Part shown: piece after piece, positions 28,201 to 36,379 of the stretch
How the letters are laid out: every line of letters begins with the position of its first letter
How positions within the stretch are numbered: position 1 is the stretch's first letter
Assembly: GCA_964519305.1 (NCBI GenBank)
Contig: CAZFHY010000019.1
Location: 1 to 64,000 of the forward strand
Source: Candidatus Undinarchaeota archaeon
GTDB lineage: Archaea; SpSt-1190; JASMDC01
Direction: 5' to 3'
Length of the DNA: 64,000 nucleotides
Position numbers and translations under genes: made by a program
The notes under the pieces: generated by a model
The model's database searches: none
The model's input: the letters and a program-made list of their open reading frames with translations, nothing else
Told to the model about the DNA's origin: nothing

Positions 28201-28884
28201 CAGCCCGGAGAGGTCGTGACGGCACCGCGCCAGCTCGATCCAGTGGATGCGGCCGACCTCGCGGCCGTGTTCGTGGACGGGGAACAGCTCGAAACGCCGG
28301 ACGGCGCCACTATTCTCGTGGACTCGACGACCAACGAGGTGTACAAGGTGACCCAGGAGGGAGTGGAGACCACGGGGACCGACCAGCTCCACATCCAGGA
28401 ACGGGTGGACCCGCTCACCGGCGATACCGAGTACTATGCTGTCGTGGGCAACGTCACCGATGAGAACTCCACCCTTGATGATATCGCAGAAGGGAACGCG
28501 ACCGACATAGCCGAGGAGGCCATCATCGAGATCCGCTACCTGGACGATGCCAAGAACGTCCTGTTCATAGGTCCGCGATGCCAGATGACCAACCTCACGG
28601 ACGTAGATGTGCGTGTGGTGACCCTCAACGATACTGTCATCAATGCAACCAAGAACGAGACCAATGCAACCGTGATGCTGCTGGACATCTCGTGCGTCCC
28701 CGCAGTGACCATGGACGAGGACGATCCTGAGGCGAATGTCGTCACCTTCCTTGAGGAGATGGAGTGCTTCGGTGCCGAAGTGGGGCGATGCCTGGACATC
28801 GAACTGTACATGGTGGTCATAGGTAAGGACGAGAACCTCTGGGAGGTCCAGTGCATCGAGAAGCTCTATTCAGGGATCGAATGA
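25201..28884 (+). CDS. Large secreted acidic coiled-coil protein (1227 aa)
   Basis: N-terminal hydrophobic segment; long E/Q/K heptad stretches; CEDCSCGEGETDCSCDC motif; Pro-rich linker; C-terminal beta domain with several NxT/S sequons. Confidence 0.8.
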   Translation: MLPRQVFIVIGRTSWTVLFALTMLMLLVVGNGEGTGSGTGQSQNTADNAVDFSQFFSESEQEMLETNEELEAVRANLLLAISECSAKEEERLQAWQTLEQKRVIMEQRQEVLGQRTEVRVEKETVRDDKQTDLDGKQAALNACEDCSCGEGETDCSCDCSSERSARDNAQTELNTAQTELDDAIDLETTAQDNFDTADTEHTTAETEFTASAECADGACLVQGDLEGVDLRQGGCSEGPCVSFSTDDATITSSVESQVGEDPEIIETTTDAELEVAFTDMEVAFTDMDAPEAMTTDFDAAAGDFLIDGANRLEDLIIYSETMAEAYNELGIAMGEDNEELTAYLEGKDPLGLTPAELEDLFTFVMDTKDELPVDDNHFFDAMRYLSSEEGELFLADVEEKSLAGTISGLNMDKETLESVIDDLQEEKEFYQMLLFWAMEPEDIAWVLEEIALIEGFQDALRSEVTRIDSEMVELNEQREKAEADRTAIKESLEAAEAKAATARNALNKCNTDGCDENTVAALQLDLQQAEEERNLLQTQLEETNTLLEELDAKGGALEEEKESLETTVNTFDDIIEGEDVDPDALTTLVDITKNKATETVDTIDEQIDLKKDEQGQITITIDQSQNDLEDKQAQTEKERQELAQRQLEEAQKREQELKQTKTELSTGLTAAEEKLAYIEEQLKAATEEGDKKTLEDLKQQVIKEREELESQLGEIADQIDQARGRRHELEDKYGVGNPEQRAAESHIDEVKVQENQLEKNHERLTTDIKEKEQVLATIEEQLKGASTDEERKQLEEQKAIVLNERDQLSTQLEDVKQELEQAATQRQELEKKYEEQYGAAPPEAEPKTADKTEEKPGTVEEATGAFESVIENIEQAGVGIEGEEAVTEAPPNANPNVEFLNAVTETLERVGQSAANEERDEDEPEGPPESKPPKKEKKKSEPVIIPPPVASYVDPFPAQYSPIGTMSVIEEPLVAVAAAQPPSPPSTSAPVTPAGPVQPSQPGEVVTAPRQLDPVDAADLAAVFVDGEQLETPDGATILVDSTTNEVYKVTQEGVETTGTDQLHIQERVDPLTGDTEYYAVVGNVTDENSTLDDIAEGNATDIAEEAIIEIRYLDDAKNVLFIGPRCQMTNLTDVDVRVVTLNDTVINATKNETNATVMLLDISCVPAVTMDEDDPEANVVTFLEEMECFGAEVGRCLDIELYMVVIGKDENLWEVQCIEKLYSGIE
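26020..26061 (+). repeat. In-frame 21-bp tandem duplication (EVAFTDM x2)
   Basis: gaggtggccttcaccgacatg followed by gaggtggccttcaccgatatg. Confidence 0.9.
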
Positions 28885-29465
28885 TGGTGCGGCCGATAGC
28901 GGTCATAGGTGTCCTAATAATCCTCACATCGTCACTGGTGCTCGCCGAACCGGGCTTCGCACGGGTCAACCTCAGTCAGTCAGCGGGTAAGGTCTGTCCC
29001 GGACAAATGATATCCCTGACCGTGGACATCACTAACGAGCTCAACACGGCAGCATTGTTCACCGTAGATGTCAGGTTCTCGCTACCGGGCCGCTCGGTGC
29101 GAGTGAACGAGATGGTTAATATCGGGACGGGCGAGACCTATAATCACCCTGTGACCGCCAAGCTCCACAAGATTGATCCCGGCATCTATCCGATTACGGT
29201 GACCGTTTCCACGGACATAGCTCGGGGGACCGTGATCGTGGAAGGCGCGTTGGACGTTGTCGCCTGCACGGACGAACCGCCCGCGTCCGAGCGCCCTGCT
29301 GCCCCGGGCGCATATAGCGGAACCCTCTCGGCCAGCATTATCGGACTTTTCGTGCTCCTCATGCTGGGCGTCGTGATACGCGTACGTCGTAACGGACCAC
29401 AGGCCGTCCAGCCTCCCGTCTACCAGGGCTACTACAACCAGCCGGTCTATCGGCGGCCTTACTGA
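28881..29465 (+). CDS. Single Ig-like-domain membrane protein with a Tyr/Gln/Pro-rich tail
   Basis: Signal peptide, PGIYPITVTV Ig strand, TM helix, tail QPPVYQGYYNQPVYRRPY; ATGA overlap with the upstream gene. Confidence 0.8.
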   Translation: MMVRPIAVIGVLIILTSSLVLAEPGFARVNLSQSAGKVCPGQMISLTVDITNELNTAALFTVDVRFSLPGRSVRVNEMVNIGTGETYNHPVTAKLHKIDPGIYPITVTVSTDIARGTVIVEGALDVVACTDEPPASERPAAPGAYSGTLSASIIGLFVLLMLGVVIRVRRNGPQAVQPPVYQGYYNQPVYRRPY

Positions 29466-30464
29466 TCATGACGAGGACTGTGCATCGCTCCCTTCGAGCG
29501 ATTCAACGGTCTCCTCTAGGACCTCTAGCGGATCCTTGCCCTTGATTCGCGCGACCTTATCCCTGAGAACGGCGATCCTCTTCTCGAACCTTCCATGTTC
29601 CTCGATATCGAAGGGGAATAGGTCCTCCTCTGCCTCGTCAAGGCGCGCAAGGAGACTGGGCTTAAGGGCGGGATCATGTTCCTTGATGTCCTTCTCGATG
29701 GCTTTAAGGAGCTCGGTCATGATACGCACGTTGGGCGTCTCGATATAGGTGCGTTTCTCGTGCTTTCGTTTGCGTGGCTGGTGATGTCGGTGGGCTCGTG
29801 GTGGCATGTACACCATCCTGAGGTCGTACGCGCTGGAGAGCCGGGACATGAGGCCGATGATGCGTCCCAGGCGCCGGTCCACATCCTCCACGATATGGAA
29901 ACGTTTCCGATTTACGGTGAGGGTGTCAGCGATGGACCGCAGGTCATCCACGAGGCTCTCGGCCCGTGGACGGTCCTGGCATGTGCGGACCTGACGCTCG
30001 AACTTCGCGAGGTCGCGATCGACATGCGCGAGGACAGATTCCTGGGTAGAAAGTTCGAGCGGGAGGTCTGTGGTATCGACCCCTACCGATGCCAGCATGT
30101 TCAGGAGTCCGGTATGGACCTGCATGACCTCCTTCCGTGCTTCAGCGTTCTCTTCACCGGTGAGCGAGCGCTCGATGTCGTACAGGTCGCGAAGGAGCTC
30201 CCGGGCGAGATCGACCTTCGGGATGTAACGCGCAGTGTCTATACAGCGTTCTAAACGCTGTCTGAGTTCTGGCGTGAGCACCGAGGCATCGAGCCTTGCA
30301 CTGGACCGGCCCTTCTTCTCAGTGGCGTGTTCCTTGTCCGTTCCACCCTCGAGCGCCTCGACACGCGAGAGGATGGCGTCCTGCTGCGAACCCATCCGCT
30401 CGAGCTGTGAGAACATCTCCTTCTGCTGGGCGAGCAGCTTCCGGAGCAGTTCGGCCTCCTCCAT
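29466..30464 (-). CDS. Hypothetical helical/coiled-coil cytoplasmic protein
   Basis: 332-aa charged helical ORF; TATA-like element upstream shared with tRNA-Trp. Confidence 0.7.
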   Translation of the reverse strand: MEEAELLRKLLAQQKEMFSQLERMGSQQDAILSRVEALEGGTDKEHATEKKGRSSARLDASVLTPELRQRLERCIDTARYIPKVDLARELLRDLYDIERSLTGEENAEARKEVMQVHTGLLNMLASVGVDTTDLPLELSTQESVLAHVDRDLAKFERQVRTCQDRPRAESLVDDLRSIADTLTVNRKRFHIVEDVDRRLGRIIGLMSRLSSAYDLRMVYMPPRAHRHHQPRKRKHEKRTYIETPNVRIMTELLKAIEKDIKEHDPALKPSLLARLDEAEEDLFPFDIEEHGRFEKRIAVLRDKVARIKGKDPLEVLEETVESLEGSDAQSSS

Positions 30465-30528
30465 CGCATCGAGCCTTGAAGGGTAATTTTTTAAATACCT
30501 CCCGCCACATCAGAAATCACATCCTTGT

Positions 30529-30622
30529 GGGGACATAGTGTAGCTAGGCAGCACGGTGGGCTCCAGAATCCATTCACGGCTGTGGAAACCCGCAAACTAG
30601 GGTTCAAATCCCTATGTCCCCA
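30529..30622 (+). tRNA. tRNA-Trp(CCA) with a 21-nt intron at 37/38 (30567-30587)
   Basis: Acceptor GGGGACA/TGTCCCC; anticodon arm GTGGG-CTCCAG|A-CCCGC after removing AATCCATTCACGGCTGTGGAA; T-arm TAGGG-TTCAAAT-CCCTA; TTTTTTAAATA upstream. Confidence 0.9.
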
Positions 30623-30681
30623 CTCCTTTATCCTTCCCTGTCCGAACACTTTTTAACGCTTCAGGCTTTCGTCCAGCGCCC

Positions 30682-31266
30682 ATGTCCATCGAGGAGGAGT
30701 TCGGTGTCAAGATAGTCGCTGAGAGCGCAATGTGCCCTATCTGCGGCAAGGATGACGTTGTGGTCTCAAAGCGCGAGCACAAGGGCGGGGACCTTGAGGG
30801 CGTGACGGAGATATTCAACCATTGTCGCTCGTGCTCGTATCGCGCCTCCGATGTGTTCCCTTCAGCGGGAGGTGAACCCAAACGCTATACTTTCCGCGTA
30901 CGTTCAAACAAGGATCTCGATGTACGTGTTGTGAAGTCCTCCACCGCGACCGTGCACATCCCCGAGCTCGGGGTTGATATTGAGCCGGGACCCGCGTCCA
31001 AGGGGTATATCACCAACGTGGAGGGCGTGCTCGAGCGGGTGAAGGAAGCGATACACATGGCCCGGTCCTGGGAGACGACGGACGAGGGAAGGGCGCGCTG
31101 CGACGAGAAGCTCGCCACCATCGATGCGTTGATCGATGGGAGCTCCTTCACACCCTTCCGTCTGATCCTTGAGGATATATTCGGCAACTGCCTCATCATC
31201 TCGAAGAAGGCCAAGGCCGCGACCCTATCACCTGAAGAGATAGATCGGATCGTCACACAGGGATGA
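30682..31266 (+). CDS. Archaeal ZPR1 zinc-finger protein
   Basis: CPICG..CRSCSYR, RVVKSSTATVHIPELG, EPGP, ITNVEGVL. Confidence 0.92.
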   Translation: MSIEEEFGVKIVAESAMCPICGKDDVVVSKREHKGGDLEGVTEIFNHCRSCSYRASDVFPSAGGEPKRYTFRVRSNKDLDVRVVKSSTATVHIPELGVDIEPGPASKGYITNVEGVLERVKEAIHMARSWETTDEGRARCDEKLATIDALIDGSSFTPFRLILEDIFGNCLIISKKAKAATLSPEEIDRIVTQG

Positions 31267-31276
31267 GAAAGGGGTG

Positions 31277-31301
31277 CGCCCGGCCCCCTGTGGACCGGGC
31301 G
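31277..31301 (-). terminator. Hairpin between the convergent ZPR1 and rubrerythrin genes
   Basis: Minus strand CGCCCGGTCC-ACAGG-GGGCCGGGCG followed by a pyrimidine run. Confidence 0.5.
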
Positions 31302-31317
31302 AGCTTAGAAGGGCGTC

Positions 31318-31893
31318 TCACCAGTTCTCGGCAAGGAGCTGGAAGTGTGCTTGCGGATGGGCGCAGGCAGGGCACTCCTCGGGAGCCTCAGGCCCCTCGT
31401 GGACGAACCCGCAGTTGTTGCACTTCCACTTCACCGGCCGGTCCTTCTTGAACACTGTGCCGTTCTCGATGTTCGCAAGGAGGCCTAGATAGCGCTTCTC
31501 ATGCTGCTTCTCGGCGATAGCGATGGACCTCATGACCGTGGCGATCTCGGGGAATCCCTCCTCATCTGCGATGTCGGCGAACTCCGGGTACATGGATGTG
31601 TACTCATGGTTCTCACCGGCAGCGGATGCCTTGAGGTTCTCGGCGGTCGAGCCGATGATGCCTGCAGGGAACGCACCGGTGATCTCGACCTCGCCCCCCT
31701 TGAGGAACTTGAAGAGCTTCTTCGCATGCTCCCTCTCGTTATCGGCCGTCTCCAGGAATACGTTCTGGATCTGGACAAAGCCCTCCTTCTTGGCCTTGGA
31801 GGCAAAGAAACCGTAGCGGTTCCGTGCCTGGGACTCGCCAGCGAATGCTGTGAGTATGTTCTTTTCGGTCCTTGTTCCTTTCAGTTCAGGCAT
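31318..31893 (-). CDS. rbr: Rubrerythrin
   Basis: AFAGESQARNRY, EREHA, GENHE, EKQHE, C-terminal CNNCG..CPAC rubredoxin-like domain. Confidence 0.96.
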   Translation of the reverse strand: MPELKGTRTEKNILTAFAGESQARNRYGFFASKAKKEGFVQIQNVFLETADNEREHAKKLFKFLKGGEVEITGAFPAGIIGSTAENLKASAAGENHEYTSMYPEFADIADEEGFPEIATVMRSIAIAEKQHEKRYLGLLANIENGTVFKKDRPVKWKCNNCGFVHEGPEAPEECPACAHPQAHFQLLAENW

Positions 31894-31932
31894 TTTCTGT
31901 TCACCTTCGCATATGGGATTTTGGTCACTACC

Positions 31933-32319
31933 TCAGATCGTCGTCATCCACAGGCCGTGGACGGTGCAGTGCTCACGCACCGCGATGATCTTCTCGCCGG
32001 TGCAGTCGCAGAACAGGGCCTCAGGTGCCTGTCCTGGCTTCAGGAACACGATATGTGTAGCTATATCAGTGACGAGCTCGATCCACTCGATGAAGTGGTT
32101 CTCCTCCATGGGATGGGTCACCGAGCCCACGATCACCTTCAGACCGCCGTCGGTCGTCTCGATGACGGGGAGGTGCTTCTCCATGCCTTGGTCCTCTTTC
32201 TTCTCCTCGAGTAGAATCATCTTGCGGGCGCAGCACACGAGCTCTCCCCCGCTGGCGTGTACGACCTCGATGATGTTACCGCACACGTCGCATTTGTAGA
32301 CTTCCAGCCTCTTGGTCAT
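31933..32319 (-). CDS. dfx: Desulfoferrodoxin (2Fe superoxide reductase)
   Basis: CDVCGN..CC centre I; EKHLP, HPM..HFIEW and CTVHGLW centre II. Confidence 0.95.
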   Translation of the reverse strand: MTKRLEVYKCDVCGNIIEVVHASGGELVCCARKMILLEEKKEDQGMEKHLPVIETTDGGLKVIVGSVTHPMEENHFIEWIELVTDIATHIVFLKPGQAPEALFCDCTGEKIIAVREHCTVHGLWMTTI

Positions 32320-32355
32320 TTCATATCAACCTCTTGCACACTTTTCTAGGCCCGT

Positions 32356-32820
32356 TTAAGCGGTGTCCGCCGGAGGGTGGGGTGTATCACAGTGATCGCA
32401 GTCATGATCGCAGTTCGCGTGCACGGGGAGCACAGTCCCTTCTCCATTGCGTGTCCTGTAGTCCTTGATGGCCGCGTGAAGGGCATCAGCAGCGAGGTTC
32501 GAGCAGTGCATCTTCTTTGGCGGGAGCCCGTCCAGCTCGTCCGCCACGTCCTGACGCGTGATCTTCATGGCCTCTTCGATGTTCATGCCCTTGGCCAGCT
32601 CGGTGACCATGCTGCTCGTGGCGATGGCAGAACCGCACCCGAAGGTCCGGAACTTGATCTCTGTGATGATGTCGTTATTCACGGTGATGAATATCTCCAT
32701 GAGGTCGCCGCAGACCGGATTACCGACCTTACCGTACCCATCGGCGTCCTCGATGACACCGACGTTGCGGGGATTCATGAAGTGCTCCATTACCTTCTTG
32801 CTGTAGCCGACTTGTGTCAT
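32356..32820 (-). CDS. iscU: Fe-S cluster scaffold IscU/NifU with a short Cys/His tail
   Basis: YSKKVMEHFMNPRNVG, GNPVCGD, FGCGSAIA, LPPKKMHCS; tail CDHDCDHCD. Confidence 0.95.
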   Translation of the reverse strand: MTQVGYSKKVMEHFMNPRNVGVIEDADGYGKVGNPVCGDLMEIFITVNNDIITEIKFRTFGCGSAIATSSMVTELAKGMNIEEAMKITRQDVADELDGLPPKKMHCSNLAADALHAAIKDYRTRNGEGTVLPVHANCDHDCDHCDTPHPPADTA

Positions 32821-32832
32821 GTGACCACGTCC

Positions 32833-33984
32833 TCATAACGGGGATAGGTTTCTTAATCTTTCGACAGTGTTCCGGGCGGAGTCGACCACCGCGGGCACCT
32901 GCTCCATGGTGTTGGACCGCCCGAGGGTGAGCACCATGGAACCATGCGCTTGCTCATGCTTGAGCCCGATGGCAAGGAGTACATGGGACGCCTCCAGAGT
33001 GCGCGAGGTACAGGCCGAACCGGTGGCCATAGCGATGCCGTACATGTCCATGCACAGCAGGATGCTCTCGCCCTCGATCCGACCGAACCGGAAACTAGCA
33101 TGATGGGGCAATCGTCTCTCGGGATGGCCGGTAAGATGGGAGTCCTCGATGGCGAGGATGCCCTTGATGAGCGCATCCCGGACGCCCCGAAGCCGTTCGC
33201 TCTCCCCGGTCATCTCGTTCTGGATTAGGCGAGCCGCTTCGCCCATGCCCGCAATGGCGAACACGTTCTCTGTACCAGAGCGGAGACCCTCTTCCTGTCC
33301 GCCCCCGGGGAGCACCGTCTGCAGCTTCACACCAGGTGCTACATAGAGGGCACCTGCCCCCGGTGGGCCACCTAATGTGTTCCCAGAGAGCGTGAGCAGG
33401 TCGATGCCGTCCCTCTGGACGTCAATGGGGATGCGCCCCGCCGTTGCGGTGGCGTCCACATGAAGGTACCTGCCCTTCTCATGGACTATCGTGGACACCT
33501 CCTTGATGGGCTGGATAGTACCGATCTCGTTGTTGGCGTACATGACCGATGTCACTATTGTAGCGTCGGTCAATAGACCTTCCAGCGCTCCTAGGTCGAT
33601 GAGCCCGGTACCGTCCACCGGGGCGAGGGCCAGCTCGAATCCCTGCTTGGCCAGGTCCTTCATAGGATTGAGCACGGAGATGTGCTCGATAGCGCTGGCC
33701 ACAACGGCCTTTCCCTTGTTCATGTTCCGGAGAGCGGTCCCCCTTATGGCGAGGTTGTTCGCCTCGGTGGCACCGCTCGTGAAGATGATCTTGCCCTTCT
33801 CATCTGCATTGATCAGGGTGGCGATCCGTTCCCGTGCGTCCTCCACCGCCTGCTTGGTACCGAGACCGTCCGAGTGCAGGGAGGATGGGTTCCCGACGTC
33901 CTCTACGAGGTATCTCTGGGCGAAGGCGAGGACCCGCGGGTCCACTGGTGTCGCCGAGCCGTTGTCCAAGTAGATACGGTCCAT
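32833..33984 (-). CDS. iscS: IscS/NifS-family protein, atypical (PLP lysine absent)
   Basis: IYLDN, GNPSSLH, FTSGATEANN, NNEIGTIQP, RSGTEN, GSACTS; the usual SxHK motif reads SGNT. Confidence 0.9.
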   Translation of the reverse strand: MDRIYLDNGSATPVDPRVLAFAQRYLVEDVGNPSSLHSDGLGTKQAVEDARERIATLINADEKGKIIFTSGATEANNLAIRGTALRNMNKGKAVVASAIEHISVLNPMKDLAKQGFELALAPVDGTGLIDLGALEGLLTDATIVTSVMYANNEIGTIQPIKEVSTIVHEKGRYLHVDATATAGRIPIDVQRDGIDLLTLSGNTLGGPPGAGALYVAPGVKLQTVLPGGGQEEGLRSGTENVFAIAGMGEAARLIQNEMTGESERLRGVRDALIKGILAIEDSHLTGHPERRLPHHASFRFGRIEGESILLCMDMYGIAMATGSACTSRTLEASHVLLAIGLKHEQAHGSMVLTLGRSNTMEQVPAVVDSARNTVERLRNLSPL

Positions 33985-33998
33985 CTCAATCCCCCCGT

Positions 33999-34361
33999 CT
34001 AGAACCACATGGTCGCGCCAGCGTCCAAGGCAAGGTCGTTGAGGGTGGCGGCCCCGACGATCTTTACACCGTCACGCAACTCCGCCTTCTCCCAGCCGAG
34101 CATCCGCTTTGACGCTTCACAGACATAGACTGTGATCCCCATCTCGATGGTCTTTGCGAGCATCTCGCCCACGCTGGGAAAGTCACCGATCTTGATCTTC
34201 TCGGCCTCACCGGGGACAAGCACCCGTAAAGACGTCCCGAGGTAGTACACGATAGGTTCAAGGTCCATTGCCTTTGCTGTCTGTGCCAGGACCAGAGGTG
34301 AATACTGTCTCTCGGGAGCATCGCTCGTCTGGACATAGAGGATCGATTTCTCGTTCTTCAT
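33999..34361 (-). CDS. DsrE/DsrF-like family protein
   Basis: YVCEAS and IVGAATLNDL; size and position at the head of the isc operon. Confidence 0.8.
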   Translation of the reverse strand: MKNEKSILYVQTSDAPERQYSPLVLAQTAKAMDLEPIVYYLGTSLRVLVPGEAEKIKIGDFPSVGEMLAKTIEMGITVYVCEASKRMLGWEKAELRDGVKIVGAATLNDLALDAGATMWF

Positions 34362-34427
34362 CGTTCCGGTCTCCTTGGTGGTCCGATCCACCAACAGTAT
34401 TATATACGCGAAAACTATAAATACTTT

Positions 34428-34444
34428 ATTGTACTAATTACAAT
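34428..34444. promoter_or_regulatory. Putative PerR/Fur box in the divergent promoter
   Basis: Inverted repeat ATTGTAcTAatTACAAT resembling Fur/PerR 7-1-7 boxes, just downstream of TATAAATA. Confidence 0.55.
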
Positions 34445-34486
34445 GTAGGAATCAGAACAAATCCTGTTATTGGAGGACACGGTATA

Positions 34487-34921
34487 ATGACCGATGATGC
34501 GATAGAACGTGGTGTGAGACTTCTCAGGGACCATGGATTGAAGGTGACACCACAGAGGCTCGAGATACTTCGCTACCTTGAGGAACATTGCATTCATCCT
34601 ACTGCGGACGAGATCTACAATGCCCTGAAGGAACGCAATCCTTCTCTCTCGAAGACGACCGTTTACAATACACTTGAGACTATGCACAAGCAGAAGCTCG
34701 TCGATGTGCTGATGATATCGGAGTCCGAACGCCGATACGACCTCGCACATGGCTCACACCATCATTTCATGTGCCATGTGTGCGGTAGGATCCTCGACAT
34801 CGATATCGCATGCCCACACTGCAACCGGATCATCAACGGTGAGCACCAGGTCGACGAGGTCCACGGTTACTTCAAAGGTGTCTGCAGCGAGTGCTTGACC
34901 AAGGAAGAAAAAAGACAATAA
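34487..34921 (+). CDS. Fur/PerR family transcriptional regulator
   Basis: GLKVTPQR, HPTADEIY, TTVYNTL, HHHFMCHVCG, C-terminal CSEC. Confidence 0.93.
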   Translation: MTDDAIERGVRLLRDHGLKVTPQRLEILRYLEEHCIHPTADEIYNALKERNPSLSKTTVYNTLETMHKQKLVDVLMISESERRYDLAHGSHHHFMCHVCGRILDIDIACPHCNRIINGEHQVDEVHGYFKGVCSECLTKEEKRQ

Positions 34922-34935
34922 AGGGGAAATGAACC

Positions 34936-36114
34936 ATGGAGACCACCGAGATCAAACCAGGAGTATACTGGGTCGGCGCCATCGACTGGGACATCAGGAA
35001 CTTCCACGGATACCTGACCCAGCGGGGGACCACCTACAACGCTTACCTAATCATTGACGAGAAGGTCGTGCTGGTCGACACGGTCAAGGCCCACCTGGCC
35101 GATGAGATGCTCGCGCGTATCCGTGCGATCATCGATCCGACCAAAATCGACTACATAGTATCCAATCACGTAGAGATGGACCACTCCGGCTCCATCTCGG
35201 CCGTACTGGAGCACGCTCCGGGCGCGAAGGTCATCACCTCGGTCATGGGTGCCAAAGGCCTCAAGCGACACTATAAGACCGACTGGGACCTCAAGGTCGT
35301 CAAGAGCGGCGACACCCTTTCTATCGGGAAGCGGACCCTCGCCTTCGTCCACGTCCCCATGGTCCACTGGCCGGACTCCATGGTCACCTACATCCCCGAG
35401 GACCGTCTCCTGCTCCCCAACGACGGGTTCGGTCAGCATATCGCCTCGAGTGAAAGGTTCGATGACGAGCTCGACTGGGGTATCCTGCAGGAAGAGGCGG
35501 CCAAGTACTACGCGAACATCGTCCTTCTCTTCGGCGCCAACGTCCAGAAGGCCATGGAGGCCCTTGGCGGGCTCGATATCGACATGATAGCACCGAGCCA
35601 TGGTATAATCTGGCGCTCACACATTCCCGACATCCTCGCAGAGTACCAGAAATGGTCGACCCATGTCACTGAAGAATGCGCGGTCGTCGTGTACGACTCA
35701 ATGTGGGGCTCGACCCAGAGGATGGCGCACGCTCTCGGGGACGGGCTTCGCGAGACAGGAGTACATGTCCACCTCCACAATCTCAAACACACCCACATAT
35801 CCGATGTGATGACCAATGTCCTCACCGCAAAGTTGGTCTGCATCGGCTCACCCACGCTCAACAATGGCATACTCCCTACAGTGGGGGCGTTCCTCACCTA
35901 TGTGAAGGGTCTTCGTCCTGAGAAACGGTTAGGGTTCGCCTTCGGCTCCTATGGCTGGGGCGGTCAGGCCGTCAAGGAGATCGAGTCCATCATGGACGGG
36001 CTCAAATGGGAGCGGCCCGAGAACGGGATCCGTATCGCGTACATCCCTGACGAGGATGAGCTGGACGCGGTGCGGGAGACCGGCCGAGCCCTCGGAAAAC
36101 AGCTAAGAAAATGA
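34936..36114 (+). CDS. fprA: Flavodiiron protein (FprA, type A flavoprotein)
   Basis: GTTYNAY, NHVEMDHSG, HWPDSM, APSHG, flavodoxin SMWGST and FGSYGWGG. Confidence 0.95.
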   Translation: METTEIKPGVYWVGAIDWDIRNFHGYLTQRGTTYNAYLIIDEKVVLVDTVKAHLADEMLARIRAIIDPTKIDYIVSNHVEMDHSGSISAVLEHAPGAKVITSVMGAKGLKRHYKTDWDLKVVKSGDTLSIGKRTLAFVHVPMVHWPDSMVTYIPEDRLLLPNDGFGQHIASSERFDDELDWGILQEEAAKYYANIVLLFGANVQKAMEALGGLDIDMIAPSHGIIWRSHIPDILAEYQKWSTHVTEECAVVVYDSMWGSTQRMAHALGDGLRETGVHVHLHNLKHTHISDVMTNVLTAKLVCIGSPTLNNGILPTVGAFLTYVKGLRPEKRLGFAFGSYGWGGQAVKEIESIMDGLKWERPENGIRIAYIPDEDELDAVRETGRALGKQLRK

Positions 36115-36142
36115 TGTAAGATAATGTTTAGGAGGAATCGAT

Positions 36143-36379
36143 ATGACTGACATAACCGTGTACTCAACGCCGACCTGCCCCTATTGCAAGATGGTCAAGG
36201 AGTTCCTGAACGAGAAAGGGGTAGAGTTCAAGGAGATCGATGTATCGACCGATCGCGATGCTGTCAAGACGATGGTCGAGAAGTCAGGCCAGATGGGAGT
36301 ACCCCAGATCGAGATCAACGACAAGATCATCGTGGGATTCAACAAAGAAGCACTAGAGAGGGAACTTGAGAGTGAATGA
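36143..36379 (+). CDS. Glutaredoxin-like protein (YruB/NrdH type)
   Basis: YSTPTCPYC, SGQMGVP, IVGF. Confidence 0.93.
   Translation: MTDITVYSTPTCPYCKMVKEFLNEKGVEFKEIDVSTDRDAVKTMVEKSGQMGVPQIEINDKIIVGFNKEALERELESE

Noticed and set aside
25201-28884. SMC/Rad50-type ATPase call for the coiled-coil protein
   Set aside because: No Walker A/B or signature motifs; it has an N-terminal hydrophobic export segment.
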